Below, one piece after another: positions 27,971 through 37,385 of a stretch of 64,000 nucleotides of DNA (position 1 is its first letter; each line of letters starts with the position of its first letter). The notes under the pieces are model-generated. The model was not told where the DNA came from, ran no database searches, and saw only the letters and a list, made by a program, of their open reading frames with translations. This DNA comes from Chitinophaga pinensis. GTDB taxonomy: Bacteria; Bacteroidota; Bacteroidia; Chitinophagales; Chitinophagaceae. The stretch covers positions 20,221-84,220 of the forward strand of contig CAMCQV010000001.1 of assembly GCA_945877085.1 (NCBI GenBank), in the 5' to 3' direction. The translations under genes were made by a program, and so were the position numbers.

Positions 27971-30880
27971 TTATAACTTATAGCTAAATCCAACAGAGAA
28001 AGATCTTTGAGGACTTAATTTACTGAATACCTGGTCATTTGAATTAAATGCTCTAAATACCATATCTATATTATCATTCAAAATGTTTTCAGCCCTTAGA
28101 TTCATATTGATTTTTTTATCCTTACCTAAGGCTTTGTTAAATGAGAAATTCATATTGTGATAAGGAATTGCATATACATCTGGGAATAACCCTGAACCTA
28201 CAATGGTTAAAGTAGGGCCTTTTACATTATAAAATAGTCCCACATTTAAACCTTTATCAGCATCTGCAAAGGTAAAGCCTGCATTGATAATGTATGGAGA
28301 TTGACCTGCCATTTGTCTTGTATTTTTCAAATTTTCTCCAGCTTTTTCATAAGCTTTTCTTGCATTAAATTCCAAATCGGTCATTGTTACTGAAGAATTT
28401 ACAAAAGTAAGATTTGTACTAAAATTAAATTTTTCAAGCTTTGCTGAAATAAAATCTAAAGACTTATTCATTTCAAATTCCGCACCAAATAAAGTTGCAT
28501 TTCCTACATTTCTTGGTTGGTATTCAGTGGATGTTTGTTGTTGAGGAATCCTAACTAATTCAATAGGGTCTTGAAAAGACTTGTAGAATACAGAGAATGA
28601 AATGATTTCTGCGCCATTAAAAAATTTTTCCCAACGTAAATCAATATTGTCAATTGTTGTAGGAACTAAACTACCAGCCCAATCATCATAAGGGAATAAA
28701 CTACCATTAAAGATACGATTTGTTAATGGGTCTAAGATTTGCGCGAATGATAATTCCTTAAATGAAGGTCTAGCAATAGTTCTTGTATAAGAACCTCTTA
28801 AATTAGTTTTAAGGCCAAATTTTTGAATCAAATTCACACTTGGAAATAAATTGAATTCATTTAATACCTGCTTATTAACTAGATTCCTTCCCGCTACTAA
28901 ATCTCCAGAGGCATAACGCTGATCTCTTCCAGTATGAAACTGTTCATAGTTTTCTGCTCTAAAACCAACAATAGCTTTCAATTTACTTGTCAAATCTACT
29001 TCATCTAATAAATAACCAGCCGTGTTATTAATTTTTGAATTATAGGCATTTGAATTAGGATTTGTATTTCCAGAGACATAATAAATATTGTTAACCGTTG
29101 AAGGATAAATATTTTGATCTAACAATACAGTGGCTGGGTTATTCACCCAATTGAGTTGCTGTGATCCAAAGAATTGCACATTGTATTGCTTAATTTCATA
29201 ATTTCTTTCTTTAGTTAAATACAAGCCTCCAAAACGAATGGTATTTTTTTGGTTGAACTTTTTCTCTAAATCAATTTTAAAGGATGTATTGGTTTCATCA
29301 AGATCACGCCAAATTCTTGAAGGATTACCACCAGCACCTGCATTAAAATATACCCTTCCTGGATCTATTGTGAAAGCTGTTTTACGTATATCTGGATCAG
29401 AAGATAAAGACACAGTAGTACCCGCTGCCCAATCTAGTTTCCACCCTTTTTTTCCTAAAACATGTGCACCAGATAACTGATAATTGGTCACGCTTCTTTC
29501 GCCATATTCTATATTATCTGATGTAGCAATATAGCCTGATTGGCCTACTCCATCTGAATTGTTAAAAATATCGAATTTACCTGCCTTGTGCTCACCACTT
29601 TGCAACCTTAGCACATTGAATTTAATTTTAGATAAATTGGTTTTATAGGCCAAACCAGCTAAAGCGCCTACTAAGACATTCTCTTCTCCCAATCTTCCAG
29701 TTAAATTATTTGCAACCACCATTTCGGATGCATTCTTATCAATATTTTTTTGAGATTCGCCATATTGTATATTATCATACAATCTTTGATCAAATCTGTA
29801 GGATAGTGCAGCAACATAGCCCAATTTTGGATTTGAGCGCTTGTTTCCTTTTTTATTCAAATTAATTTGATTACCAATAGATAAACCAAAAGAAAAATCA
29901 GTAAAACTTTGATCAGTGATTGCACCTAATGTAGGATTGAAGGATTTTACAAAGCTTTTTACAGCTGCTGGGGTCGCACCAGATACAGGAGTTGGTATCG
30001 GGCTATTTCCTCTTGCTAGTTCTGGCAAAGCTCTTGTCCCATCATCCATTCCTAACCAATCTTGTCCACCTCTATTACCCGTTAAAAACTGGTTATTAAA
30101 ATGCATATCAGGATTGTAACTCATCGATGCAGATATATTAAAAATTTTCTTTGTTGGAAAATCGTTTGTTTCAATGTTTAAAAGTCCTCCTGTAAAATCA
30201 GCAGGCATATTGGGCAAAAAATTCTTTGCCACTGTAATATTATCAATCAAAGCAGTTGGAAAGATATCCATCTGCAATGAGTTTCTGTCAGGATCCAAAC
30301 CAGGTAAATCAAGTCCATTCAATGTTGACTTTGAATATCTATCTCCTAATCCTCTTACATATACGTATCTTCCACCTTCTATTGATACCCCTGTAACCCT
30401 TTTTGCAGCTTCTACAGCTGTGCCATCTCCTGTTAATTTCATTTTTGCAGCCGAAATACCATCCACCATGGCCACAGATTTCCTTTTTAAAATTGTTAGT
30501 GACTCTTCTGAAGTTTTTTGAAGTCTTTGAGAAGATACAACCACTTCTTTCAATTGGGTACTAGATAAACTTAAGTTAATTTCTGGAACAACAGTCACTT
30601 CATTGTTCTTTACTGTGATTTCTGTAATTTTTGCATTATCAAAACCAACTAAACTTACTGTTAAATCATAACTTCCTACAGGCACGCTAAATGTAAATGC
30701 CCCATCCAAATCACTTGATACTGCTTTGTTGACAGTTGAATTATTTAATCTCACTGTAGCAGAAACTGCAGGCTTCCCTGTTGACCCATCTAAAATCTTT
30801 CCTCTAATGATCCCATTTTGGGCATTCATTGAAAAAGAAAACAACATAAGAAGGGAAAAAATAAAGTAAAACTTTTTCAT
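27971..30880 (-). CDS. TonB-dependent receptor (non-SusC) with N-terminal carboxypeptidase-regulatory-like domain
   Basis: Signal peptide from ATG 30880, plug RVTGVSIEGGRYVYVRGLGDRY, beta-barrel C-terminus VGFSYKL. Confidence 0.92.
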   Translation of the reverse strand: MKKFYFIFSLLMLFSFSMNAQNGIIRGKILDGSTGKPAVSATVRLNNSTVNKAVSSDLDGAFTFSVPVGSYDLTVSLVGFDNAKITEITVKNNEVTVVPEINLSLSSTQLKEVVVSSQRLQKTSEESLTILKRKSVAMVDGISAAKMKLTGDGTAVEAAKRVTGVSIEGGRYVYVRGLGDRYSKSTLNGLDLPGLDPDRNSLQMDIFPTALIDNITVAKNFLPNMPADFTGGLLNIETNDFPTKKIFNISASMSYNPDMHFNNQFLTGNRGGQDWLGMDDGTRALPELARGNSPIPTPVSGATPAAVKSFVKSFNPTLGAITDQSFTDFSFGLSIGNQINLNKKGNKRSNPKLGYVAALSYRFDQRLYDNIQYGESQKNIDKNASEMVVANNLTGRLGEENVLVGALAGLAYKTNLSKIKFNVLRLQSGEHKAGKFDIFNNSDGVGQSGYIATSDNIEYGERSVTNYQLSGAHVLGKKGWKLDWAAGTTVSLSSDPDIRKTAFTIDPGRVYFNAGAGGNPSRIWRDLDETNTSFKIDLEKKFNQKNTIRFGGLYLTKERNYEIKQYNVQFFGSQQLNWVNNPATVLLDQNIYPSTVNNIYYVSGNTNPNSNAYNSKINNTAGYLLDEVDLTSKLKAIVGFRAENYEQFHTGRDQRYASGDLVAGRNLVNKQVLNEFNLFPSVNLIQKFGLKTNLRGSYTRTIARPSFKELSFAQILDPLTNRIFNGSLFPYDDWAGSLVPTTIDNIDLRWEKFFNGAEIISFSVFYKSFQDPIELVRIPQQQTSTEYQPRNVGNATLFGAEFEMNKSLDFISAKLEKFNFSTNLTFVNSSVTMTDLEFNARKAYEKAGENLKNTRQMAGQSPYIINAGFTFADADKGLNVGLFYNVKGPTLTIVGSGLFPDVYAIPYHNMNFSFNKALGKDKKINMNLRAENILNDNIDMVFRAFNSNDQVFSKLSPQRSFSVGFSYKL

Positions 30881-30886
30881 TGTGTA

Positions 30887-30925
30887 GAAAATAAACAAAC
30901 GGTTGAGGTAATCCTCAACCGTTTG
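30887..30925 (-). terminator. Intra-operon intrinsic terminator between lipoprotein and TonB receptor genes
   Basis: 13-bp stem CAAACGGTTGAGG-atta-CCTCAACCGTTTG followed by TTTATTTTC on the minus strand. Confidence 0.75.
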
Positions 30926-30950
30926 GGTTAATTAAATATTGTCCAAAGAA

Positions 30951-32450
30951 TTATTTTAATTTTTCAGCAATTGCTGTCCAAGACCATCCAGCAAATTGCG
31001 TTAAATCAGCACCACCAGTAATGGTATTTCCAGCAGTAATTGTACTTGGAATTGTTTTTCCAGTAGATTTATCAATGTATTTAGCTAAATCAGCGGAAGC
31101 AACATTCATAACTATGTTTTCAAATTTAACACCAGCTGTAGTTTTGTATGGACTTGTAAATACTTCAGTGATATTTTGAGTGAACGCAGTTGTTGAAAAT
31201 CCAGTAGCATATATATTTTTTAACGTAACAGCTGTATTATCATCATTATCAATGAAACTTCCAGCAGAGCCACTCACATTCACAAAACCTTTGTCAAAAG
31301 TGTGACCAGATAAATCTAAGCCATATGTACCTTCTGGACCATCTAGTTCAAATGAACTACCACCCACTGAAATGATTGCGAAATTGGTAATCGTACCTCT
31401 GAATGCTTGATCAGTATCTAAACCATCATCACCAGCACCCCAAATTACTATATTTTTTCCGTTTACTGTACCACCAAACCACTCGATACCATCATCTTGG
31501 TTTCCAACTACTTCAATGTTTTCAAATACAGTTCCAGAACCAACACCACCTAATGTGATACCATTGATTTCGTTTCCAGCACCAATTTCAGTACCGCCAT
31601 GGCGAACAGAAATAAATTTGTATACTCCAGAATTATCAGCATCATCAGAACCACCATATAAACCATTTGGATCAGATGTTGGGATACCTTCGATTTGCAC
31701 TTCAGTCTTTTGTGTACCACTTGAAGAAGCAGAAATTTTAGCCTTACCTAAGATGATTAAACCACCCCATAAGCCATTAACATCAGGAGCTAGGTTTGGT
31801 GAAGCAAATTTACCTGCAGCAACATCTGCAATTGAAAGCTTATCAGCTACAGAAGTAAAAATAATTGGTTTTGTTGCAGTACCAGCAGCATTAACTTTTC
31901 CGCCTCTTGCAACAATCAATGCAGTTGCACTTGCACCTGCTCCAGCTTCACCCTTAATAATTGTACCAGGCTCAATCGTCAAAGTAGCGCCAGAAGTCAC
32001 TGCAATACGACCGCCTAAGATCCATACTTTTTTAGCATCCCAAGTTGTGTTTGTTGTAATATTTGAAGTAACTCTAACTTCGGTAATCACTTTACCTATT
32101 GATATAACAGCAGTTGCTTCAGAGATATTTCCTTTAGAATCTGTTACTGTCAATTTCACTGCACCAGCACCATCAGCGCTTGTAGTGAAATTCACTTCTA
32201 CGTTTGAACCAGAAACTGCACCAGTTGCATTTGTAACAGTCACATTCGTACCTGTTGCAGTATAGTTTGCAGTTAATTTTGGATCTACTGCCACTGTGAA
32301 GGTAACTTTACCTGCTTCACCAGCCGTCAAAGATGTAACAGCAGAAGGAGCTGAAACCGAAGGAGCTGAGTAAACAACCACTTCGTCTTTTTTACAAGAG
32401 CTCAAAAAAACTAGAGCTCCTAGTAATGTGTTTAAAACTATTTTTTTCAT
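30951..32450 (-). CDS. Surface lipoprotein with Ig-like N-terminus and probable beta-helix domain, function unknown
   Basis: Start ATG 32450; lipobox LSSC followed by KKDE export signal; TLTIEPGTII, GLWGGLIILG, DADNSG, NEINGITLGGVG and DDGIEWFGG motifs. Confidence 0.8.
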   Translation of the reverse strand: MKKIVLNTLLGALVFLSSCKKDEVVVYSAPSVSAPSAVTSLTAGEAGKVTFTVAVDPKLTANYTATGTNVTVTNATGAVSGSNVEVNFTTSADGAGAVKLTVTDSKGNISEATAVISIGKVITEVRVTSNITTNTTWDAKKVWILGGRIAVTSGATLTIEPGTIIKGEAGAGASATALIVARGGKVNAAGTATKPIIFTSVADKLSIADVAAGKFASPNLAPDVNGLWGGLIILGKAKISASSSGTQKTEVQIEGIPTSDPNGLYGGSDDADNSGVYKFISVRHGGTEIGAGNEINGITLGGVGSGTVFENIEVVGNQDDGIEWFGGTVNGKNIVIWGAGDDGLDTDQAFRGTITNFAIISVGGSSFELDGPEGTYGLDLSGHTFDKGFVNVSGSAGSFIDNDDNTAVTLKNIYATGFSTTAFTQNITEVFTSPYKTTAGVKFENIVMNVASADLAKYIDKSTGKTIPSTITAGNTITGGADLTQFAGWSWTAIAEKLK

Positions 32451-32482
32451 TTTTTTTAATTTGTACAAATATCAAATAGTCG

Positions 32483-32521
32483 TGTTACCGAATTGTTAAG
32501 CCAATATGAACTTAATATTAA
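32483..32521 (-). promoter_or_regulatory. Four 11-bp-phased direct repeats (Pho-box-like, OmpR/PhoB-family site)
   Basis: Minus strand TTAATA-n5-TTCATA-n5-TTAACA-n5-GTAACA. Confidence 0.65.
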
Positions 32522-32536
32522 CTAATTGGGAAAGGC

Positions 32537-32567
32537 ATAAAAAAAGGAGCGTTTTTAACGCTCCTTT
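32537..32567 (-). terminator. Intrinsic terminator after can
   Basis: AAAGGAGCGTT-aaa-AACGCTCCTTT plus T-run on the minus strand. Confidence 0.85.
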
Positions 32568-32590
32568 GTGTAAAAGTCTATATTATATTG

Positions 32591-33223
32591 TTAATCAAGG
32601 TGATATACATTATGTAAATCTTTAGGACAAGTGAAATTCACCCCTAAATCATTGATTAGTCCGTCATGAATATCATAGACCCAGCCATGTAAGTGTAAAG
32701 GCTGGCTTCTTTTCCATGCATTCTGAACAATCGATGTCTTTCCTAGATCATGTACCTGCTCCTGTACATTCACTTCTACAAACCTTCTCGCCCTTAAAGT
32801 CTCATCTTCGATTGCGTCCAATTCATCATGATGATAACGATACACGTCTTTAATATGTCTTAACCAATTGTCTATTAATCCAAATTGTTGGTTCTTCATC
32901 GCCGCCATCACACCCCCGCAACCATAATGGCCACATACAATGACGTGTTTTACTTTAAGCACTTCTACAGCATAAGATAATACACTCAACATGTTCATGT
33001 CACTATGTACCACCATGTTGGCAATATTACGGTGTACAAACATTTCACCAGGCTCTGTGCCTGTAATAGACTCTGCTGGCACCCTGCTGTCGGAACAACC
33101 TATCCATAAATACTCAGGCGCCTGGCCTTTAGATAGATTTTCAAAAAAATTAGGGTCTAATTGTAATTGTTCTGCGACCCATGTTTTATTATTTTCTATT
33201 AATCTTGCGTATGATTTTTCCAT
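32591..33223 (-). CDS. can: Beta-class carbonic anhydrase
   Basis: Zn ligands CSDSR and HYGCGG; FVHRNIAN. Confidence 0.96.
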   Translation of the reverse strand: MEKSYARLIENNKTWVAEQLQLDPNFFENLSKGQAPEYLWIGCSDSRVPAESITGTEPGEMFVHRNIANMVVHSDMNMLSVLSYAVEVLKVKHVIVCGHYGCGGVMAAMKNQQFGLIDNWLRHIKDVYRYHHDELDAIEDETLRARRFVEVNVQEQVHDLGKTSIVQNAWKRSQPLHLHGWVYDIHDGLINDLGVNFTCPKDLHNVYHLD

Positions 33224-33301
33224 GTCTAATTTTTTTATTTTTGTTAATTCGATTTGTTATGGGTGATCGATGTCAATTTTGAGATCCCCCATAAATTATG
33301 T

Positions 33302-34813
33302 TTAGTGCCCCGAAACCGATGCTCTAGCAGGTACTTGCACCAAATTTACCTGAATATTTTTCAATTTTGCTGCAATTTCAAAGTTATAAATAATTTCAAG
33401 TACGTCTATATCAATATAATGAGATTTGCTCGCATCTATTGTGACAATGGTATCGTTTGGAATATCAGATAATTTTTTAGCGATACTTCCTTTGTTGATA
33501 AAAGTCACATGTTCAGATAGCATTATATTAATGCTACCTCCTTCAGACTTTTTCTCCTGATGTATTTCATAGTCACGACGGAAATTGGTTCTTAAAATAT
33601 AAAAGATTGCCACCAGCATGCCTAATGCAATCCCTTTTAATAAATCACTAAATTGAATTGCAACTACTGTCACAATGAATGGAATAAAATGCTCCCAACC
33701 AAGTTTATACATTTCTTTAAATAAAGACACTTTAGCCAATTTATAACCTACTACTAATAAGACTGCTGCTAAACAGGCCAGTGGAATTTGGTTTAGGATA
33801 GATGCAAAAGCAACAACACTGATTAATAAAAGCAACCCATGAAAAATAGCAGAAATTTTTGTTTTTGCACCAGCATTTACATTGGCAGATGTTCTTACAA
33901 TCACAGCTGTCATTGGCAAGCCCCCAATCATACCAGAAATTAAATTGCCCAATCCTTGTGCTTTTAATTCCCTATTGGTTGGTGTGACGCGCTTATATGG
34001 ATCTAATTTATCCGCAGCTTCCGTACTTAATAATGATTCTAAACTTGCAATAATCGCAATGGTAATAGCAACCACATAAACCTGATAGTTTCCAAGTGCA
34101 CTAAAATTAGGTAATGTAAACTGTCCTATAAATTCTGTGCTATTTTTTGCCACAGGTAGTTTTACCAATGCATCTGCAGATAAAGCCCATGCAGGCATAG
34201 TAGTATTAAAAAATAGATTCAAAGCTACACCAACAAGCACAGCAATCAAAGCGCCAGGTACATATTTAAAAAAGGCATACTTTTTTAGCATTGGCATTTC
34301 CCAAAATAAAATGATGGCGATAGAAATACTTGCAATGATGATAGATCCAATATGATAGGTCTGTGCAACTGCTTTATTATATCCTATTGCAATAGGTAAT
34401 TGTTTTAAGATTAATATAATGCCAATTGCAGCAAGCATCCCTTTAATGACACTCGAAGGAAAATAATAACCTATCACCCCTGCTTTTAAATAGCCTAGCA
34501 CAATTTGTAAAACTCCTGCAATTGCAACAGCAACCAAAAATTGATCATAGGACCCTAAAGTGGTGATACCGTTTAAAACTATCACAGTAAGGCCTGCCGC
34601 AGGACCACTTACACTCAATGCCGATCCACTTGCAAATGCAACTACTATTCCGCCAATGATTCCTGCAATAATACCAGAAAATAAAGGCGCGCCAGATGCC
34701 AAAGCAATGCCCAAACATAAAGGCAAAGCGACTAAAAAAACGACTAATCCTGCAGGTAAATCTTCCTTCAAATATTTGAAACTTAAACCTTGATTTGGTT
34801 GATGTAAACTCAT
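33302..34813 (-). CDS. SulP/SLC26 anion (probably bicarbonate) transporter
   Basis: VALPLCLGIALASG, SGPAAG, NRELKAQG motifs; STAS-like C-terminus; adjacent to can. Confidence 0.92.
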   Translation of the reverse strand: MSLHQPNQGLSFKYLKEDLPAGLVVFLVALPLCLGIALASGAPLFSGIIAGIIGGIVVAFASGSALSVSGPAAGLTVIVLNGITTLGSYDQFLVAVAIAGVLQIVLGYLKAGVIGYYFPSSVIKGMLAAIGIILILKQLPIAIGYNKAVAQTYHIGSIIIASISIAIILFWEMPMLKKYAFFKYVPGALIAVLVGVALNLFFNTTMPAWALSADALVKLPVAKNSTEFIGQFTLPNFSALGNYQVYVVAITIAIIASLESLLSTEAADKLDPYKRVTPTNRELKAQGLGNLISGMIGGLPMTAVIVRTSANVNAGAKTKISAIFHGLLLLISVVAFASILNQIPLACLAAVLLVVGYKLAKVSLFKEMYKLGWEHFIPFIVTVVAIQFSDLLKGIALGMLVAIFYILRTNFRRDYEIHQEKKSEGGSINIMLSEHVTFINKGSIAKKLSDIPNDTIVTIDASKSHYIDIDVLEIIYNFEIAAKLKNIQVNLVQVPARASVSGH

Positions 34814-34951
34814 TTTTAATTATATATTTTAGAGAACCATTCATTCAAATTACAAGTCAAATAACTGAGCAGTAATCTATAATGAATAATGAAAATGATG
34901 ACTTAAAGAGATTGACCCATTGCCAATGACGAATACCTTTAGTCAAAGTTT

Positions 34952-35281
34952 TTAAATTACTTCGATAACTGTATTGGGAGGCGGAATAAGAATAGGGCTA
35001 TTTCTGTCGATGACTGCGCCCAAATGTGTCATAATAGGATAATTGGTGCTTAAAAGCATGGAAGCCATTTGGCTTTCAAAATACATTGAATGGTTGGATT
35101 CCATGTTTTTGACCTTGAATTGAATCTCCTCAACTTCCTCTTCCTCTAGTGCCAAAATAGAGGCTGTTGTAGCTTGAGCCTTGGATTGAACTAAATTAGA
35201 CCAAAAGCGGACTCCATCCACAGGGAAAACCTGGGTTGCTACCACTAAAGTCAATATAATTCCAATGATCCTCTTTTTCAT
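34952..35281 (-). CDS. Small hypothetical protein with signal-like N-terminus and C-terminal PPP (candidate regulatory leader ORF)
   Basis: MKKRIIGIILTLVVA...EEEEVEE...ILIPPPN; -7-like TATATTCG at 35288-35295. Confidence 0.65.
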   Translation of the reverse strand: MKKRIIGIILTLVVATQVFPVDGVRFWSNLVQSKAQATTASILALEEEEVEEIQFKVKNMESNHSMYFESQMASMLLSTNYPIMTHLGAVIDRNSPILIPPPNTVIEVI

Positions 35282-35349
35282 GAACAGCGAATATAAAATC
35301 TAAAACGTTATAAATGACATATTGTTGACGAATTTACAAAAATTTGACA

Positions 35350-36654
35350 TTACTTTTTATATACCATATAGACATAGAAAGGTACACCCATCATGAGCAT
35401 AATGAATCCCCAATAGACTATTTCTTGCCCTGATCCAATGAGCATCCACATTGAAAAAGAGAATGCCATAATGCTAATGACTATCGCTGTAATTGTTTTG
35501 GCCTTTGTATAGTTGATTGCTTGTTTTGCTCGAACAATTAAATAAGAAACAGTTGTCAATAAATAAGGTAACAAAGTAAAAAATGTAGAGAGTAAAATGA
35601 GCAACTTAAATTGACCAGCTAAGTTTTTTGAATTGTTCATGAACATCAATAAAGTGATAATGATACTAGATACAATCACGCCATTCGCTGGCACACCTTT
35701 ACGATTTTGTTGCGCAAAAAATGCAGGAAATAATTTGTCTTTTGCCATGGCATAAGGCATTTGTCCTTGTACTAGTATAAAACCATTCAATGCACCAAAT
35801 GCAGCAATAGCAGCTCCTGCACTAACCCAGTACTTTGCTCCATGACCATAAATTTTTTCTGCAGCATCTGCAAATGGTGTAATGGAAACTTGTAGTTGAT
35901 TAGCAGGAATCATCCCCATGATGGCGGCAGTACTTAATATATAAATAGCTGCTGCAATCCATACGCCGCGCATTGTTGCTTTGGATATATTTTGTCCAGG
36001 ATCTTCGATACTACTTGATGGTATGGTCGCGCATTCAATCCCTAAAAATGCAAAAAAAGTTAAAGTAGTCGTTGCAGTAATCGCTTGCCAACTGCTCGTG
36101 CCACTCATGTTAAATGGCAGTAAATTTTGAGGATCTAAAAATAAAAGTCCCCCAATCGCAACTAAAATCAGCGGTACTATTTTAAGGATAGTAGTCATAA
36201 GTATGACTCTTCCAGAAGCATATACACCCATGGTATTCACCCAAGTAAGGAACCAAAGAAATCCAAGCCCTGTTGATAAAGCGATGCTTGAATTTTGAGC
36301 GAGTATAGGAAAAAAAGTACTCAAGGCACTTACCAAGGAAACTGCAATGGCGGCGTTGGTTGTCCATAAAGAAATTAAATAGCCCCAGCCAACCAAAAAT
36401 CCTGCAAAATCACCTAGCCCTACTTTTGTAAAGGCATAAGGACCGCCGTCTGAAGATGGAATTAATTTGCTAAGGTTGGCAAACACTTTTGCAATCACAA
36501 TGGCGCCCAAGGCCGAAAAAAGCCAACCAATTAAACTGATACTTCCAAAACTAGCCAAGGCAGAAGGCATCAAAAAAACACCCGCACCAATCATATTCCC
36601 AACGACAAGTGAAGTGCTTGTCCAGATACCAATTTTTTTATGTTCCATATGCAT
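35350..36654 (-). CDS. APC-family amino acid permease
   Basis: GNMIGAGVF, GGPY, FAFLGIECA motifs; about 12 TM helices. Confidence 0.92.
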   Translation of the reverse strand: MHMEHKKIGIWTSTSLVVGNMIGAGVFLMPSALASFGSISLIGWLFSALGAIVIAKVFANLSKLIPSSDGGPYAFTKVGLGDFAGFLVGWGYLISLWTTNAAIAVSLVSALSTFFPILAQNSSIALSTGLGFLWFLTWVNTMGVYASGRVILMTTILKIVPLILVAIGGLLFLDPQNLLPFNMSGTSSWQAITATTTLTFFAFLGIECATIPSSSIEDPGQNISKATMRGVWIAAAIYILSTAAIMGMIPANQLQVSITPFADAAEKIYGHGAKYWVSAGAAIAAFGALNGFILVQGQMPYAMAKDKLFPAFFAQQNRKGVPANGVIVSSIIITLLMFMNNSKNLAGQFKLLILLSTFFTLLPYLLTTVSYLIVRAKQAINYTKAKTITAIVISIMAFSFSMWMLIGSGQEIVYWGFIMLMMGVPFYVYMVYKK

Positions 36655-36679
36655 GATTCAAGATATGAAAATATTGGAA

Positions 36680-36713
36680 CAAAAAGGGCCCCTCGTATTA
36701 CGAGAGGCCCTTT
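36680..36713 (-). terminator. Intrinsic terminator of the SusC/SusD operon
   Basis: AAAGGGCCUCUCGUA-A-UACGAGGGGCCCUUU (one G-U pair) followed by a U-run, minus strand. Confidence 0.85.
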
Positions 36714-36734
36714 AATATTGAGTATTAAGTAAAA

Positions 36735-37367
36735 TTACTTAACAGTCCATGTTGCTCTTGTGTTCGCACCCACTAATTCACCATTTTGGATACTTGCAGA
36801 CCAAGAATCAAATACTCTTCCATCTTGTGCATATAATTTCCATCTTACTGTGAAATTATCAGACTTAATAAAACGAGTTTTCGCAACTTTACGATCTGCT
36901 CTTTCTGGATTATCAAACACATTTACTGCAGCAGCACCATTGTACTTTCGTGTTGCAGCTTTGAACAAATTGTAGACAACTGCAGGTGTAATCTTAATAG
37001 TATACACTTTACGATTTTCTGGATTTGCTACGTTTAAACTTGGATCATTTAATCCAAAAGTGCTCAAATGTGTAACAGATACATCAGACTCTTTAACTTT
37101 ATCAAAGTAAGTCTCAGTAAAAGCAATATATGGTTCAATTTTATTGATTACCACATTCTTACCATAGTTATTCCAACTGATATCTAATCTTACTTCAGAG
37201 GCATCCATATCGCCTAATTTGAAAGAGTTGAAGCCAGTTGCAAGTGTGCCATTTGCTGTAACACCATCTTCCCATCCTGGCAAAGGAAGGAGTTCTTCCT
37301 TTGTACAAGAAGTCATAAGAAGCATACCTGCAAGAGCAAACATGTAAAAATTTCTTATATATTTCAT
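36735..37367 (-). CDS. Hypothetical surface lipoprotein (third gene of SusC/SusD operon)
   Basis: Lipobox MTSC followed by TKEE; 18 bp downstream of susD. Confidence 0.75.
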   Translation of the reverse strand: MKYIRNFYMFALAGMLLMTSCTKEELLPLPGWEDGVTANGTLATGFNSFKLGDMDASEVRLDISWNNYGKNVVINKIEPYIAFTETYFDKVKESDVSVTHLSTFGLNDPSLNVANPENRKVYTIKITPAVVYNLFKAATRKYNGAAAVNVFDNPERADRKVAKTRFIKSDNFTVRWKLYAQDGRVFDSWSASIQNGELVGANTRATWTVK

Positions 37368-37385
37368 ATTAAATAATTTAAAGGT

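Noticed and set aside
31516-32265. 249-aa + strand ORF antisense to the lipoprotein (likewise 1314-1733, 4451-4993, 21405-21902 and other short track ORFs)
   Set aside because: These are shadow frames of well-supported genes on the opposite strand or in another frame, with no recognisable motifs.
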